From the NCBI GenBank assembly GCA_951406725.2, contig OX597815.1, positions 130,944,001 through 131,008,000 on the forward strand: DNA of 64,000 nt, given 5' to 3'. The stretch is from Octopus vulgaris (taxonomy: Eukaryota). The notes under the pieces were generated by a model. That model did no database searches. It was not told the DNA's origin and was given only the letters and a program-made list of their open reading frames with translations. Position 1 is the first letter of the stretch. Every line of letters starts with the position of its first letter. This document shows positions 38,458-50,356 of this stretch, piece after piece. Both the position numbers and the translations under genes were made by a program.

Positions 38458-39244
38458 TAAACCCACTAAGAAGGCTTTGGTTGGCGCAGGGCTATAGTAG
38501 AAGATACTTGCCCAAAGTGTCACTCAGTGAGACTGAATCCAAAATTATGTCACTGGGAAGCGAACTTCTTAATCCCACAGCCACACCTGCACCTATTAAT
38601 ACAATCAAGAAAAAAATAAATTAAAATTCTTACCTTAGTTTTCTTGGAAATACATATTTACCTCTCTTTCTAACCTGTCATCAGTTTCAGGAGAGATTAT
38701 TAATAAATTTATTTTCCCTTTTATTTATTTTTTCACCAAAACCCGACTTCATACTTTCAGTTATAAATATTTCACAACTTTTTGTCTATCACCAAACAAT
38801 ATCCTATCTTCTGTCACTTAAACTGCAGTCAGTACCCCTTTGAGCTGTTACTTTTTATGACAGTTTCTGCTCACCGTCTCCATTTTATACTTCTTACTGT
38901 CATCTTCATTGGAGGCTCTTTGAATAAATTCTGAGATTGCTTTTCTTAGAAATCCCTTTTTCTACCTATTTTTTTTTACCCTTCATCCTTTAATCAAGCC
39001 TATGCCAGCATGGAAAATGGATGTTAAATGATGATAAAGATCAGAGGTGGTGGTCGTGGCAGTGGTAGTGGCAGTGGCAGTGATGGTGGCGGCAGTGGTA
39101 GTGGTGATGATGATGAGGAGGAGATGGAGGAGGAAGTGGACGGGGTGTTGGTGGAAGAGGAGGAGGAGGTGAAGGAAGTAGAAGAGGAGGAGGAATTAAA
39201 ATTGAACATAAACTACATTAGCATAACATATTTATACATAGGCT

Positions 39245-39473
39245 TTAACCCTTTCGTTACCAACGCGGCTGAAACCGCCTCTGGCTCTGAGTACAGATGT
39301 CTTGTTTTCATAAGTTTTGAATTAAAATCTTCCATTAAACCTTAGTCGCAATTTATGTTCCTAACACTAGCTTAATGATAACTAAGTTATTTTACTAAAT
39401 TCTTTGTTATATTTAGAATTAATTGAAAGAAACACAGAGTATCACAACAGAAATATGGTAACAAAAGGGTTAA
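39245..39473 (-). mobile_element. TTAA-flanked (piggyBac-type) MITE
   Basis: ttaa-ccctttcgttacca ... tggtaacaaaaggg-ttaa. Confidence 0.88.
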
Positions 39474-39715
39474 AGGCTCTGAACAATGGTACCTAATTAC
39501 CTTCTTTCTAGACTTCTAAATAGAATTGATATGACCATCTTGACTTGCTTCTTAAAAAAAGAAAACGAACTCGACTTCCCCCTCCTGAAAAATCAAAAAA
39601 AAAATCAAGACAATTACCATAGTAACATTCCCTTGCATGAAGAAATAAAATTATATAATTCTGTTAACTTTGGGTAACTGGTTAGTGTCACCTTTCTGGT
39701 AGTGCAGATGGCTGA

Positions 39716-39729
39716 GTTGCTATGGTAAC
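39716..39729. promoter_or_regulatory. RFX X-box consensus match
   Basis: GTTGCTATGGTAAC in apparently non-repetitive sequence. Function is unverified. Confidence 0.3.
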
Positions 39730-40182
39730 AGCCAACAAGCTACCACTAGCATCGATTTATGTCGCTGTTTCAAATACTTAACTGTTAATGCATTCAATGT
39801 GTAAGTCCTCATAATCCTGAACATTACCTCAGGCTAGTATGATTTACTATTGGTGCAAGGGTGGAGGTGGGGCTCATATCTTGAAAAGGATTCAAATTGA
39901 TTCCCTTGTAATAATCATCGTGTTTAAGAGGTTTACTTTTCTATATTATGCTTAGGTGGGTGTGAGGGGATTCATTGAGGCAGACTTTTCTGCAGCCAGA
40001 TGCCCTTCCTGTTGCCAACCCTTACCTATTTTCAAGACAGTTATTATTTTTTCTCCCTTGTCCGCACCTGTTTTCACAAAAGCTTGCAAACAAATGTTAC
40101 AGCTTGCATGATGCCTCAGTTTGTTTTAAATAAGTGTGCAATGTCCAGAGAAAGAGATATACACATACACACATACATACAT

Positions 40183-40223
<41 letters not shown>

Positions 40224-40242
40224 AAAATGTATGTATGTGTGT

Positions 40243-40430
40243 TGCTAGCCACTACACATTCTTTATTTTCTATCCCTGTTTCTTTCTGTGTTCCTTTCTG
40301 TGGAAGAGCGTAGGCTCGAAACGTTAAAGACTTCTTCACTTCTCAAGCATTAAACTAATACATCAGTTTGTTGTCTACACCACTTGTCTTTGACTTTTGT
40401 ATTTTTGTGAATTCACCCTGTATATATATA
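40243..40430 (+). mobile_element. Penelope-like pseudo-LTR fragment with variant minimal hammerhead motif (40294-40329)
   Basis: cttt CTGTGGA a GAGC gtag GCTC GAAA cgtt aaag. A second copy lies at 59598-59790. Confidence 0.55.
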
Positions 40431-41435
40431 GAGACCTAAGAAGCATCAGTTGTGGTGTGCAGGAGAGACGATTGCGCTGGTATGGTCATGTGGCGAGAAT
40501 GGATGAAGATGGGTGTGTGAGAAAGTGCCAATCCCTAGCAGTTGAGGGAACCCGTGGAAGAGGTAGACCCAGGAAAACCTGGGATGAGGTGGTGAAGCAC
40601 GACCTTCGAACTTTAGGCCTCACTGAGGAAATGACCAGTGACCGAGACCTTTGGAAATATTCTGTACGTGAGAAGACCAGGCAGGACAAGTGAGCCCAGC
40701 CCACTTATGAATGCCTTTCCTCCCTTGGACACAAAGACCGGTTGAGGCAAGCGAAGTCGATATAGAACCTCACCCGACGACAGACACCCATGCCAACCCC
40801 CCATGCTTGCGAAGACATGTTGGGGCAATCGAAATTGAAACCGAATTGAACCAGCCAGGATCCCTGGCCTGGTGGTACGTAAAAAGCACTATCCGACTCG
40901 TAGCCGTGGCACGTAAAATACTCCAATGCGACCGTACGACAGGCACCCATGCCAACCCCACTTTGCTTGTGAAGACATGTTGGGGCAAGCGAAATCGAAA
41001 TTGAATTGAACCAGCCAGGATCCCTGGTCTGGTGGTACGTAAAAAGCACTATCCGACTCGCGGCCGTGGCACGTAAAATACTCCAATGCGACCGTACGAC
41101 AGGCACCCATGCCAACCCCCTTTGCTTGTGAAGACATGTTGGGGCAAGCGAAATCGAAATCGAATTGAACCAGCCAGGATCCCTGGTCTGGTGGTACGTA
41201 AAAAGCACTATCCGACTCGTGGCCGTTGCCAGCCCCGCCTGGCACCTGTGCAGGTGGCACGTAAAAAGCACCCACTACACTCACGGAGTGGTTGGCGTTA
41301 GGAAGGGCATCCAGCTGTAGAAACATTGCCAGATTAGACTGGAGCCTGGTGCAGCCTTCTGGCTTCCCAGAACCCTGGTCGAACCGTCCAACCCATGCTA
41401 GCATGGAGAACGGACGTTAAACGATGATGATGATG

Positions 41436-41436
<1 letters not shown>
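40430..41436 (+). mobile_element. Young, CpG-rich RTE-type 3' end with about three ~160-bp tandem units
   Basis: Open C-terminus RRLRWYGHVARMDED..GRGRPRKTWDEVVKHDLRTLGL..EKTRQDK*. Units start at 40777, 40936 and 41096. GAT tail. Confidence 0.92.
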
Positions 41437-41470
<34 letters not shown>

Positions 41471-41500
41471 CACACACACACGTGAGAACTTGTCCATTAT

Positions 41501-41884
41501 AGGTGCAAGCATGGCAGTGTGGTAAGAAGCTTGCTTCCCAACCACATAGTTCTGGGTTCAGTCTCACTACATGGCATCTTGGGCAAGTGTTTTCTATGGC
41601 CTCAGGATGACCAAAGCCTTGTGAGTGGATTTGATAGATGGAAACTGAAAGAAGCCTGTCATATATATATATATATATATGTATATGCTTGTGTAGCTGT
41701 GTCTGTTCCCCCACCATCGCTCAACAACCAATGTTGGTGTGTTTACATCCCCATAACTTAGTGGTTTGGCAAAAGAGACCAATAAAATAAGTACTAGGTT
41801 TATAAAGAATAAGTCCTGGGGTTGATTTGTTTGAATAAAGGCAGTGCTCCAGCATGACTGATACAAGTTAAAGAATTAAAGAAT
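41501..41884 (+). mobile_element. SINE family A
   Basis: Full family match with internal (TA)n. Confidence 0.85.
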
Positions 41885-41935
41885 ATACACACATATATGT
41901 AGATATATTATCTATATGAATATATGTGTGTGTGT

Positions 41936-42092
41936 CAGGGATAGACTGAGTCATTGGTCACTCCAGCACTGCTCGAGGGCCCAAGAGCTCTGAGGGCCAT
42001 GCACTCTACATGCTAACTTTACTAAAACACACATTCAAAGGAACCTGGTAAACAGTTATGCTCGAGGGCCCTTAATACTCTGTCTGCCCCTG
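41936..42092. mobile_element. 157-bp hAT-type MITE
   Basis: TIRs cagggatagactgagt and actctgtctgcccctg. The 8-bp flank gtgtgtgt is present on both sides. Confidence 0.75.
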
Positions 42093-42109
42093 GTGTGTGT
42101 ATATATCCA

Positions 42110-42455
42110 GTCATCCATCCATTTATCTGTCCATCCATTCATCCATTCCTCCATCCATCCATCCATCAATCTGTCCATTCATTCCTTCATCCCTCCCTCC
42201 CTCCATCCCTCCATCCATCCATTCATTCCTCCCTCCCTCCATCCGTTCATCCATCCATCCGTTCATCCATCCATCCTTCCCTCCCTCCCTCCCTCCAACC
42301 ATCCATTCATCCATCCATCCAGCAATCTATTCATCCCTCCATCCCTCCATTCACCCCTCCATCCCACCATCTACTCATCCATCCATTCATCCATCCATCC
42401 ATCCATTCCTCCATCCATCCATCTGTCCATTCATTCATTCATCCATCCATCAATC
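42110..42455. repeat. (CCAT)n/(CCCT)n microsatellite
   Basis: Seen directly in the sequence. Confidence 0.9.
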
Positions 42456-42900
42456 AATTGGCAAGCATGTTGTAGCTGCAAAGCAAACTAATTACCTCAC
42501 AGCAATGCCTGTGCCATGCCATGCATATGTCATTTAAATCTAAATGACTTAGATTTAAAAGCAGAGATGAATGTAATGTAAGAAGCTTTTCTTGTAAGCA
42601 AATGGTTTCAGGTTCAGTTCCATTGCATGGTATTTTAGGAAAAAGCTTCCTACTGTGGACTCAGGTTGAGGGTATGAAAGCTTGTGAGCATGAAATTTGG
42701 TAGTTGGAAACTGCTTGAAAGCTTGTTGGAGGGATTGTTCCTGTTCTTGGTGATAAACTTAATCCATCTCCTGGCCTTACACTTCTTCCTGGCATCTGTG
42801 AGCTGGTAAGGTGATCTTGTGTTGGATGATGAAAGGTTATAGTGAGACAGAGAGAGAGAAACAGATATCATGCTGTAGATGAGGTACAAGGTTACCTGGC

Positions 42901-42961
<61 letters not shown>

Positions 42962-43574
42962 GGAGAGGAAGAGAGAGAGTGAGAGGAAAAGAGAGAGAGT
43001 GAGAGGAAGAGAGTGGATGAGAGAGATTGAAAGAGAGAGAGAGATCAAGAATGAAAACAGAAGCAGGTGCGCTGCTGCAAAGGAAAACCATGGTTACCCA
43101 GTCTGAGGGAAGTGCAGGAGAAGGAGAGAGAGAAAGAGTGAGAGACAGCAGGATAGAGATGATTACAAAGTGCTGGGCATACTCAACAATTTAGAAAAAA
43201 AAAGAACAAAAAAAAACATTGATCATAAATAATGAAATACTTGCCATGGGTTTGAACTACTGATCCATGAGCATTCAGTCCCTCTTATCTCAACAATAAA
43301 AATCAGATCTGAGCTTAATTCACGATTACATAACCTCTATTATCAGATGTAAGATATGAGATTTCATACATTAAAAAAAAAAGAAAGTATAAAAAATGAT
43401 GCTAAACATTAAACATTGTTTTTTCTATTTTCTATTTGATTGAAAGATAAATCTTAAGTATTCTATTTAGTTTTTGAATGTGTAATTTCTATTTTATACA
43501 ACAGTACATAGAATGGGAGAGATAGGTTATATTAACTCTCTGAGTAAGAGATAAACAGTAACAGTACAGAATCT

Positions 43575-43860
43575 TAAGATATATTTGCCAACTAAATGTG
43601 GTGGTCCTATAGAGGACGGTGCTACTGTTGTTTTTAGCTCCAGGAAGACATCTCCTCCAGCTGGCCAACGACACACAGTCTGGTATGATTAGTATTTGCA
43701 AGGGAGGCTAGAGATGGGAGTGATGACCTCCCTCGCAGATACTAATTGGACACAGACTGTGTGTCATTGGCCAGCTGGAGGAGATCTCTTCCTGGGGCTA
43801 AAAACAACAGTAGCACTGTCCCCTTCAGGACCACCACATTTAGTTGGCAAATATATCTTA
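43575..43860. mobile_element. Foldback element with ~133-bp arms and 19-nt spacer
   Basis: 43575-43707 is the reverse complement of 43727-43860 (taagatatatttgccaactaaatgtggtggtcct...). Confidence 0.85.
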
Positions 43861-45302
43861 TGAGTACATACAATACCATTCACATTTACTGAGACATTTG
43901 TTCCAATTGTTTGGCAATATAATGGGTTCAAATTAATTGCAGTTAATCCTCTGGGAGTGTTTTGTTGTACATCACTCCCAAAAATGCATATTCATAATGC
44001 ATTATAATAGTAGCAAAGGAATGCATTTGATAAGTTAATATATTGATGGAATTTGATGATAATCTTTCTCTCTCTTAATTCCTCGAGTCTGGATTGAATC
44101 TATTGAAGACTCTCTGCTTAGTAGGATGATTTCATTATCCACTTTAATGAAAAGCCTGTTCACAATGTGGACAAAGGCACAATCTCTCTCTGTTGGAAGC
44201 CTCTAAATTGCTACCCTAGAAGAATCAAACTAGATAGACTGAAATATCCTGGCTTGTGTTCTATTGTGTCAGTAATTTCCATGCAGGTCACCACTGCTGA
44301 TGCCTACGTCACCATCACTGCCGCCACTGCCACCATCACCACAACCACCACTGCTGCCACTGGCACCATTACCATTGCCACAACAACCACTGCCGCTGCC
44401 GCAGCCACCATCACCACAACCACCGCTGCCGCCACCACCACCACCACAATTGCATCCATCACTGCCATTGCCACCTCAAAGAAGGTGCTTATAGCTGATG
44501 CAGATGATTTAGGAGAAAATTTTATTGAGAAGAGGACTAAGAATAATAAAGGTTTCTAATGTGGATACAAAGCCAGAAATTTTAAGGACAGTTAGTTAGT
44601 TCTCTGCACATTGACCCCTAGTATTTGACTGGTACTTCATTAATAGAAGAAAGATGAAAGGCGAAGTTTGGATTCGAACTTGGCTGGATTTGAACTCCGA
44701 ACGTCAAAAGCTGTAGTTATTTCTTCATCTATCTACAGCTGCTCTCCTTGCTTCCTCTGCTACCATTTATCACCTCCTCTGCCCCACCATGCTGATATTT
44801 ACTATTGATTGCATCTCTTCTCTTCTTCATCATTCATTATGGTCACCTCTAACTTCACCACCTGACTATATATCTATTTCTTTATTGCCCACAGGGGGCT
44901 AAACATAGAGGGGACAAACAAGGACAAAGAGATTAAGTCAGTTACATCGACCCCAGTGCACAAGGCCTAAAAGTTTTGGAGAGGGGGGGCAGTCGATTAG
45001 ATCAACTGCAGTACACAACTGGTACTTATTTAATCGACCCCAAATGAATGAAAGGCAAAGTTGACCTCGGCAGATGAAATGCCACTAAGCATTTTGCCCG
45101 GCGTGCTAATGATTCTGCCAGCTCACCTAACCATATATCACTCCATTCTCATGTTCATATGAACTCACCCACCCATCCTTCCTAAACTCCTGTTTGTATT
45201 CTCTCCTGTACTCACCTTCCTATACCTTGAGAGGACTCCCCAACACCTCATAACTGCCATCTTTGTCTTCCATCCAGCTACTCACACCCACCCTCCCCTA
45301 TA

Positions 45303-46091
45303 CAGGGTTATTCAAAGAGAATGAACCGATTTCATTATGTAATATTTTAATAAGGAAAAGCAATAGAAATCTCCAGCTAAGTGACAAATATTTACTTAAC
45401 ATCAACTTTTATTTCCTGTCTTACAAGTGTTCAATGTGACCACCACCTGCAGCACAGGCAACATCAATACGATAAGAGAATTCTTCCCAGACGTGTATCA
45501 GCATATCACGATTCACTGAGTTGATTGCTGTTGTTATTCGATGTTTAAGGTCATCGAGATTAGTGGGTAGTGGTGGAACATAAATGCAATCTTTTGCATA
45601 TCCCCAAAAAAAAAAAAAAAATCAAAAACATCGAATAACAACAGTGATTAACTCAGTGGATCATGATATGCTGATATGCGTCTGGGAGGAATTCTCTTAT
45701 CGCATTGATGTAGCCTGTGCTGCAGGTGGTGGCCACATTGAACACTTGTAAGACAGGAAATAAAAGTTGATTGTGAGTAAATTCTTGTGGCTTAGCTGGA
45801 GTTTTCTATTGCTTTTCCATATTAACCCTTTTGTTACTGTATTTATTTTGAGATGCTCTGTTTTGCTTTCAATTACTTTAAATATAACAAAGAATTTAGT
45901 AAAATAACTTAGTTACCATTAAGCTAGTTAGAAACATAAATTGTGACTAAGGTTTGGTGGAAGCTTTTAATTCAAAACTTATGAAACAAGACATTTGTAC
46001 TACAGAGCCAGAGCTTGTTTCAGCCGGGTTGATAACAAAGGAGTTAAAATACTGGGAAATAAAATCTGTTCATTTTTTTCTAATAACCCTG
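45303..46091. mobile_element. Palindromic Tc1/mariner-superfamily derivative made of two inverted transposase 3' ends
   Basis: cagggttatt...aataaccctg termini. The left part encodes WGYAKDCIYVPPLPTNLDDLKHRITTAINSV..GGGHIEHL* on the minus strand, and the right arm encodes the same C-terminus on the plus strand. Confidence 0.85.
45822..46047 (+). mobile_element. TTAA MITE nested in the right arm of the palindromic element
   Basis: Homologous to 13568-13797 and 39245-39473, with TTAA on both sides. Confidence 0.85.
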
Positions 46092-46106
46092 TTTAATTCT
46101 GTCAAC

Positions 46107-46313
46107 AATAGGCACAAAGCCTGAAAGTTTTGTGGGAAGGGGATTAGTTGATTCAATCGACCCCAGTGCTTGATCAGTACTTATTTTATTGTCCCTGAAA
46201 GGATGAAAAGCAAAGTCAACCTCAACAGAACTTGAACTCAGAATTTGTAGCTGGACAAAATGCTGTGAAACATTTTGTCCAGTGTGCTAATGATTTTGCC
46301 AGCTTTCTGCCTT
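46107..46313 (-). mobile_element. SINE family B
   Basis: Family consensus match. Confidence 0.8.
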
Positions 46314-47009
46314 TACCCACCCTTATATAACATGGGGTAGCAATGTACCTCCTCTACAGCAATATACCTGTTCTCGTCCCTGTATCATGCTTTAGCTGCT
46401 CGACACCTGGGATAAAGTCACTTCCCTCACTACTACAGATACACTTAGTTGAGAAGGCTTTGTCTTTCTCTTACAAGTTATTTGGTGATCTCACTAATAC
46501 TGGTATCATGGGGAAAAAAAAAAGCATCCAACTCACTCATGATTTGGCTGGCATTAGGAAGAAGATGATCCAGTCATAGAAACAAATGCCAGAGCAGACA
46601 CAAGAGCTTGATGCAGCACTATGACTAGTTGGATCCTGTCAAACCTTCCAACCTATGTCAGCATAGAAGAGGGATGTTAAATCAGGATGATGATAATGAA
46701 GATGGTGAAAATGAGAAATACAAGCCCTCTGCAGTTTTTGTTTATTTTTTTTCCATCTGAAAGTATCACTATGTACTTATATAAGTGTTCCAGGCCAAAT
46801 TCAACTTTTTCTTAATCACTGTTTGCTCTTTCTGGTGGTTATGTTACAGTGGTACAAGAATTCTTAATGATCTGACACAAAAAAAGAAAGTTCCTACACA
46901 ACACCTTTATTTTACTAAAGACTAACCTATACATCTAAAAGTGGTATTAACAAATATCTTAGACAAGCCAATGTTCCAATTTTTAATTTATATTAAAAGT
47001 AACCTGAAA

Positions 47010-47325
47010 TGTGGAGGCACATTACCTAGTGGTTAGAGTAGCGGACTTGCAGTCGAGGGATTGCAGGTTCCAATTTCAGACCGGGTGATGTGTGTATTTG
47101 TGAGCTAAAAACACCTAAGCTCCACACAGCTCTGGCAGAAGGTAATGGCTAACTTCTGCTGACTCTTTCACTGCAACTTTCTCTCACTCTTTCATCCTGC
47201 ATCTAGCAGCTCCCCTGTGAGGGACCAGCATCCTGTCCAGGTGGGGAACCTATACACCAATGAAACCGGGAAACTAGCCCTTATCAGCCAGGCATGGCTC
47301 GAGAAGGAACAAACAACAATAACAC
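47010..47325 (+). mobile_element. tRNA-derived SINE with (AAC)n-like tail
   Basis: A-box-like tacctagtggttagag, B-box-like ggttccaatttc, and a 3' part shared with 14621-14866. Confidence 0.7.
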
Positions 47326-47374
47326 AATCTGAAATACCTGAACTAGCAAACATATTTTTTCATATGGCATTAGA

Positions 47375-47705
47375 AAAAAAATGGTATTCTATTGGTTATG
47401 AGAATGTGTGTTCCAGCTGACCCAATCAACGGAACAGCTTTCTCATGAAGTTATTGTACCAGTGGCAGAGCACTCCATGGACATTTGTACCCTTAATGTA
47501 ATTCTGAGGGAGATTCAGCATGACACAGAGAATGACAAGTCTGGTCCTTTGAATTACAGTTACAACTTCTTTTTGCCAGCTGAGTGGACTGGAGCAACAT
47601 GAAATAAAGTGTCTTGCTCAAGGATACAATGTGCTGTCAGGAAATGAACACACAACTTTATGATTGTGAGCTGAATATCTTAACCATGAAGCCACTCACC
47701 TTCAC
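47375..47705 (-). mobile_element. tRNA-derived SINE (family C head, distinct 3' body)
   Basis: cagctgagtggactggagcaacatgaaataaagtgtcttgctcaagg is shared with family C. Confidence 0.7.
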
Positions 47706-47859
47706 TATGGCAATACAATCCATTGTTGGAAAGCCAATCCTAATACTTCACTGCAAGAAGATTTTGATTGGTCTAAGTTTGTTAAAGCTGCACTGAGTCC
47801 AAGTTTTACCCCAGCCCACTCATTGTTTCTTAATTGTTGGATATTATCATGCATGGTTT

Positions 47860-48130
47860 GAGTCATAGCATATATTTTCTGTATCAATTCATCGAAGTCA
47901 AATTCCGTAAGTTCCTATAGTTAACATTTTCAATGTTTTGTATGATTAATTGCTTCAAGTGTCCTCCATTATTCACATTCTTTAAGCAATGGAAGAAACA
48001 GAAATGTTCTTGTTTTCTCACTATTCTAAAACTTAAAATCAAACACACTTGTCAAGCTGAACAAGTTTAGAAATTCTTCATACATTTCATAAAGAAAGAT
48101 CGCCAATATTGGAAGTTCATTTTTCTTCCT
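47860..48130 (-). pseudogene. Highly decayed hAT transposase C-terminus (dimerisation region)
   Basis: HLKQLIIQNIEN and ELTEFDFDELIQKIYA, in two frames, resemble the hAT RL..L..L.IE..LDFD.LI..FA motif. Confidence 0.35.
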
Positions 48131-48813
48131 ATCTTTGAATTGTTGGCACTGTCTCCTCGATTTGAAAATCTCCATCACACTATTTCACATATCCAGTTGA
48201 CAGTTATTGTAAGAAGATTATGCAGCTCACCAGGTGTGCCAGTCTTTAAATATATTTGTGAAGTGGTTTAGGAAAATATTCAAAGATTTATTTGAGATCT
48301 TAGATTACAACTTCCCATCAATTGTATGGAAGCAGTGATACTTCAGCCATCCTCCGACAAAACACAATAAGTCAACTTACTGTATTTTGTTGGTGAATGG
48401 ACATTTGAATTGCTAGGACATGAATCATACATATTAAAGATATGACCTTGGAAAATTTTCAATTTCTCATTATACAGCAACCTATGACAATACAGTGTGT
48501 TGAAAAAATTAGGATAATTTTTTCAGTTTTTTGCAATTATCTCCATTTCTTGTTTTTTGATTTACAGTGATTTGACAGTGAAGGGCAGACTTGTGTGTGA
48601 CTTTACTGCTCCAGCCCAGAAAGAAAACATCTAAAACTCATACCTCAGCTTATATTATAAACCACTCGTGATTAGTATCAAAAGAGCTCTTCTAATGAAG
48701 TCCTTGTATTCTTCGTTTTGGTGGAATCTGTTGCTAAGTTAATTAACTCTCATGTCTAGCTTTGTTGTTTCAGTTTCAGAGGGAGGGAGGGAAGGAGAGA
48801 GAGAAAGAGTGAC

Positions 48814-48886
<73 letters not shown>

Positions 48887-49431
48887 TCGAACTTCTGAAG
48901 CTAATTAGCTGTTTATTGTTTTCTTTGAAGTAAAGCTCTGATAAACTTTCATCTTGTCTCAGTCCATAAATGAAGACTAGATGAGGTTCAATGCAAAGAA
49001 ATAACCAAAGTGTTTTCTTCAGTTACATTGCACATCAACTGGCCAAGTGATTCCAGTATATCCCTTTTGACCGGAGGGTATTATGTTATTAATCTGTGCT
49101 AAAAGAAACTGGGATGGAAGAAGAGAACAGTGAAGAACTGGTTATATTTCCACCAGAAGAGAGACACAGTGTCTGCATGTAACTTCATGAAGTCTGAAAT
49201 TTCTAGAAGTTTCTCCTTAATTATAAACAGCTTCATTATCATTTCTTTTCAACGATGCCTACAAATTTATTGAATTGTTTAAAAATCCTCTTTGTACTAA
49301 ATAATTATCTTCTAGTGCAAATTTTTGGGGTGATTCTCAATAATCATTTATCCATACTTAATAGTTTCAACACAATTTTTCTGATTTCAAACATTTCCCC
49401 ACTTTTCTGACCTTTTGCACACCAACAATTA

Positions 49432-49655
49432 TTCTTTTATTCTTTTACTTGTGTCAGTCATTTGACTGCAGCCATGCTGGAGCACCACCTTTTTTAGTCG
49501 AGTAAATTGACCCCAGGACTTATTCTTTGTAAGCCTAGTACTTATTCTATCGGTTTCTTTTGCCAAACTGCTAATTTACCGGGGATGTAAACATACTACC
49601 ATTGGTTATCAAGCGATGTTGGTGGCGGGGAACAAACACAGATACAAACATACAC

Positions 49656-49696
<41 letters not shown>

Positions 49697-49853
49697 TACG
49701 ATGGGCTTTTTTCAGTTTCCGTCTACTAAATCCACTCACAAGGCTTTGGTCAGCTCGAGGCTATAGTAGATGACACTTGCCCAAGGTACCACACAGTGGG
49801 ACTGAACCCAGAACCATGTGGTTGGTAAGCAAGCTACTGACCACTCAGCCACT
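49432..49853 (-). mobile_element. SINE family A
   Basis: Full family match. Confidence 0.85.
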
Positions 49854-50356
49854 CACAAAATGAAAACAAAATCATATAATTCATTTCCCACAGCTTTTAT
49901 TTTTGTTTTACAAAACATCCAAGGTTCATACTAAATGATCATGACACATGTTAATTGCAGGTGTAAATTACAAGCATAAATTAATATTCCTTTTTTCTTT
50001 TTGCCAATTAATGAAATACATTAGGTCAATAAAGTTACCTATTTTAGTGTTATTAACTGTTTGAATCTATTGTCTTCTATTCACTCCAATTGTTTTGCTT
50101 ATAATTCTTTCTCTATTTTTTTTTGTCTGCTTTCATATTGTTAATGCCCCTTACCTTCTTGGGCACCAAATCTTCAACATCGACATCTGTTAACTTATCT
50201 CAGTTACAAGAGACACTGTCTAGTCAACAGTATGGTGACGGCACAGTTTCAATTATGATTTTTACAATCACTTTTGTTTTACTATTTTCCAAAATAAATT
50301 ATAGTAATATCTTCACATGTTAGTTTTTTTTGTTTTCCCTTGTATCTGAGTTTTAT

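Noticed and set aside
42093-42537. Pro/Ser/Ile/His ORFs
   Set aside because: (CCAT)n microsatellite.
47010-47085. tRNA gene
   Set aside because: A/B-box-like head without a good cloverleaf that continues into a SINE body. The same applies to the other SINE heads.
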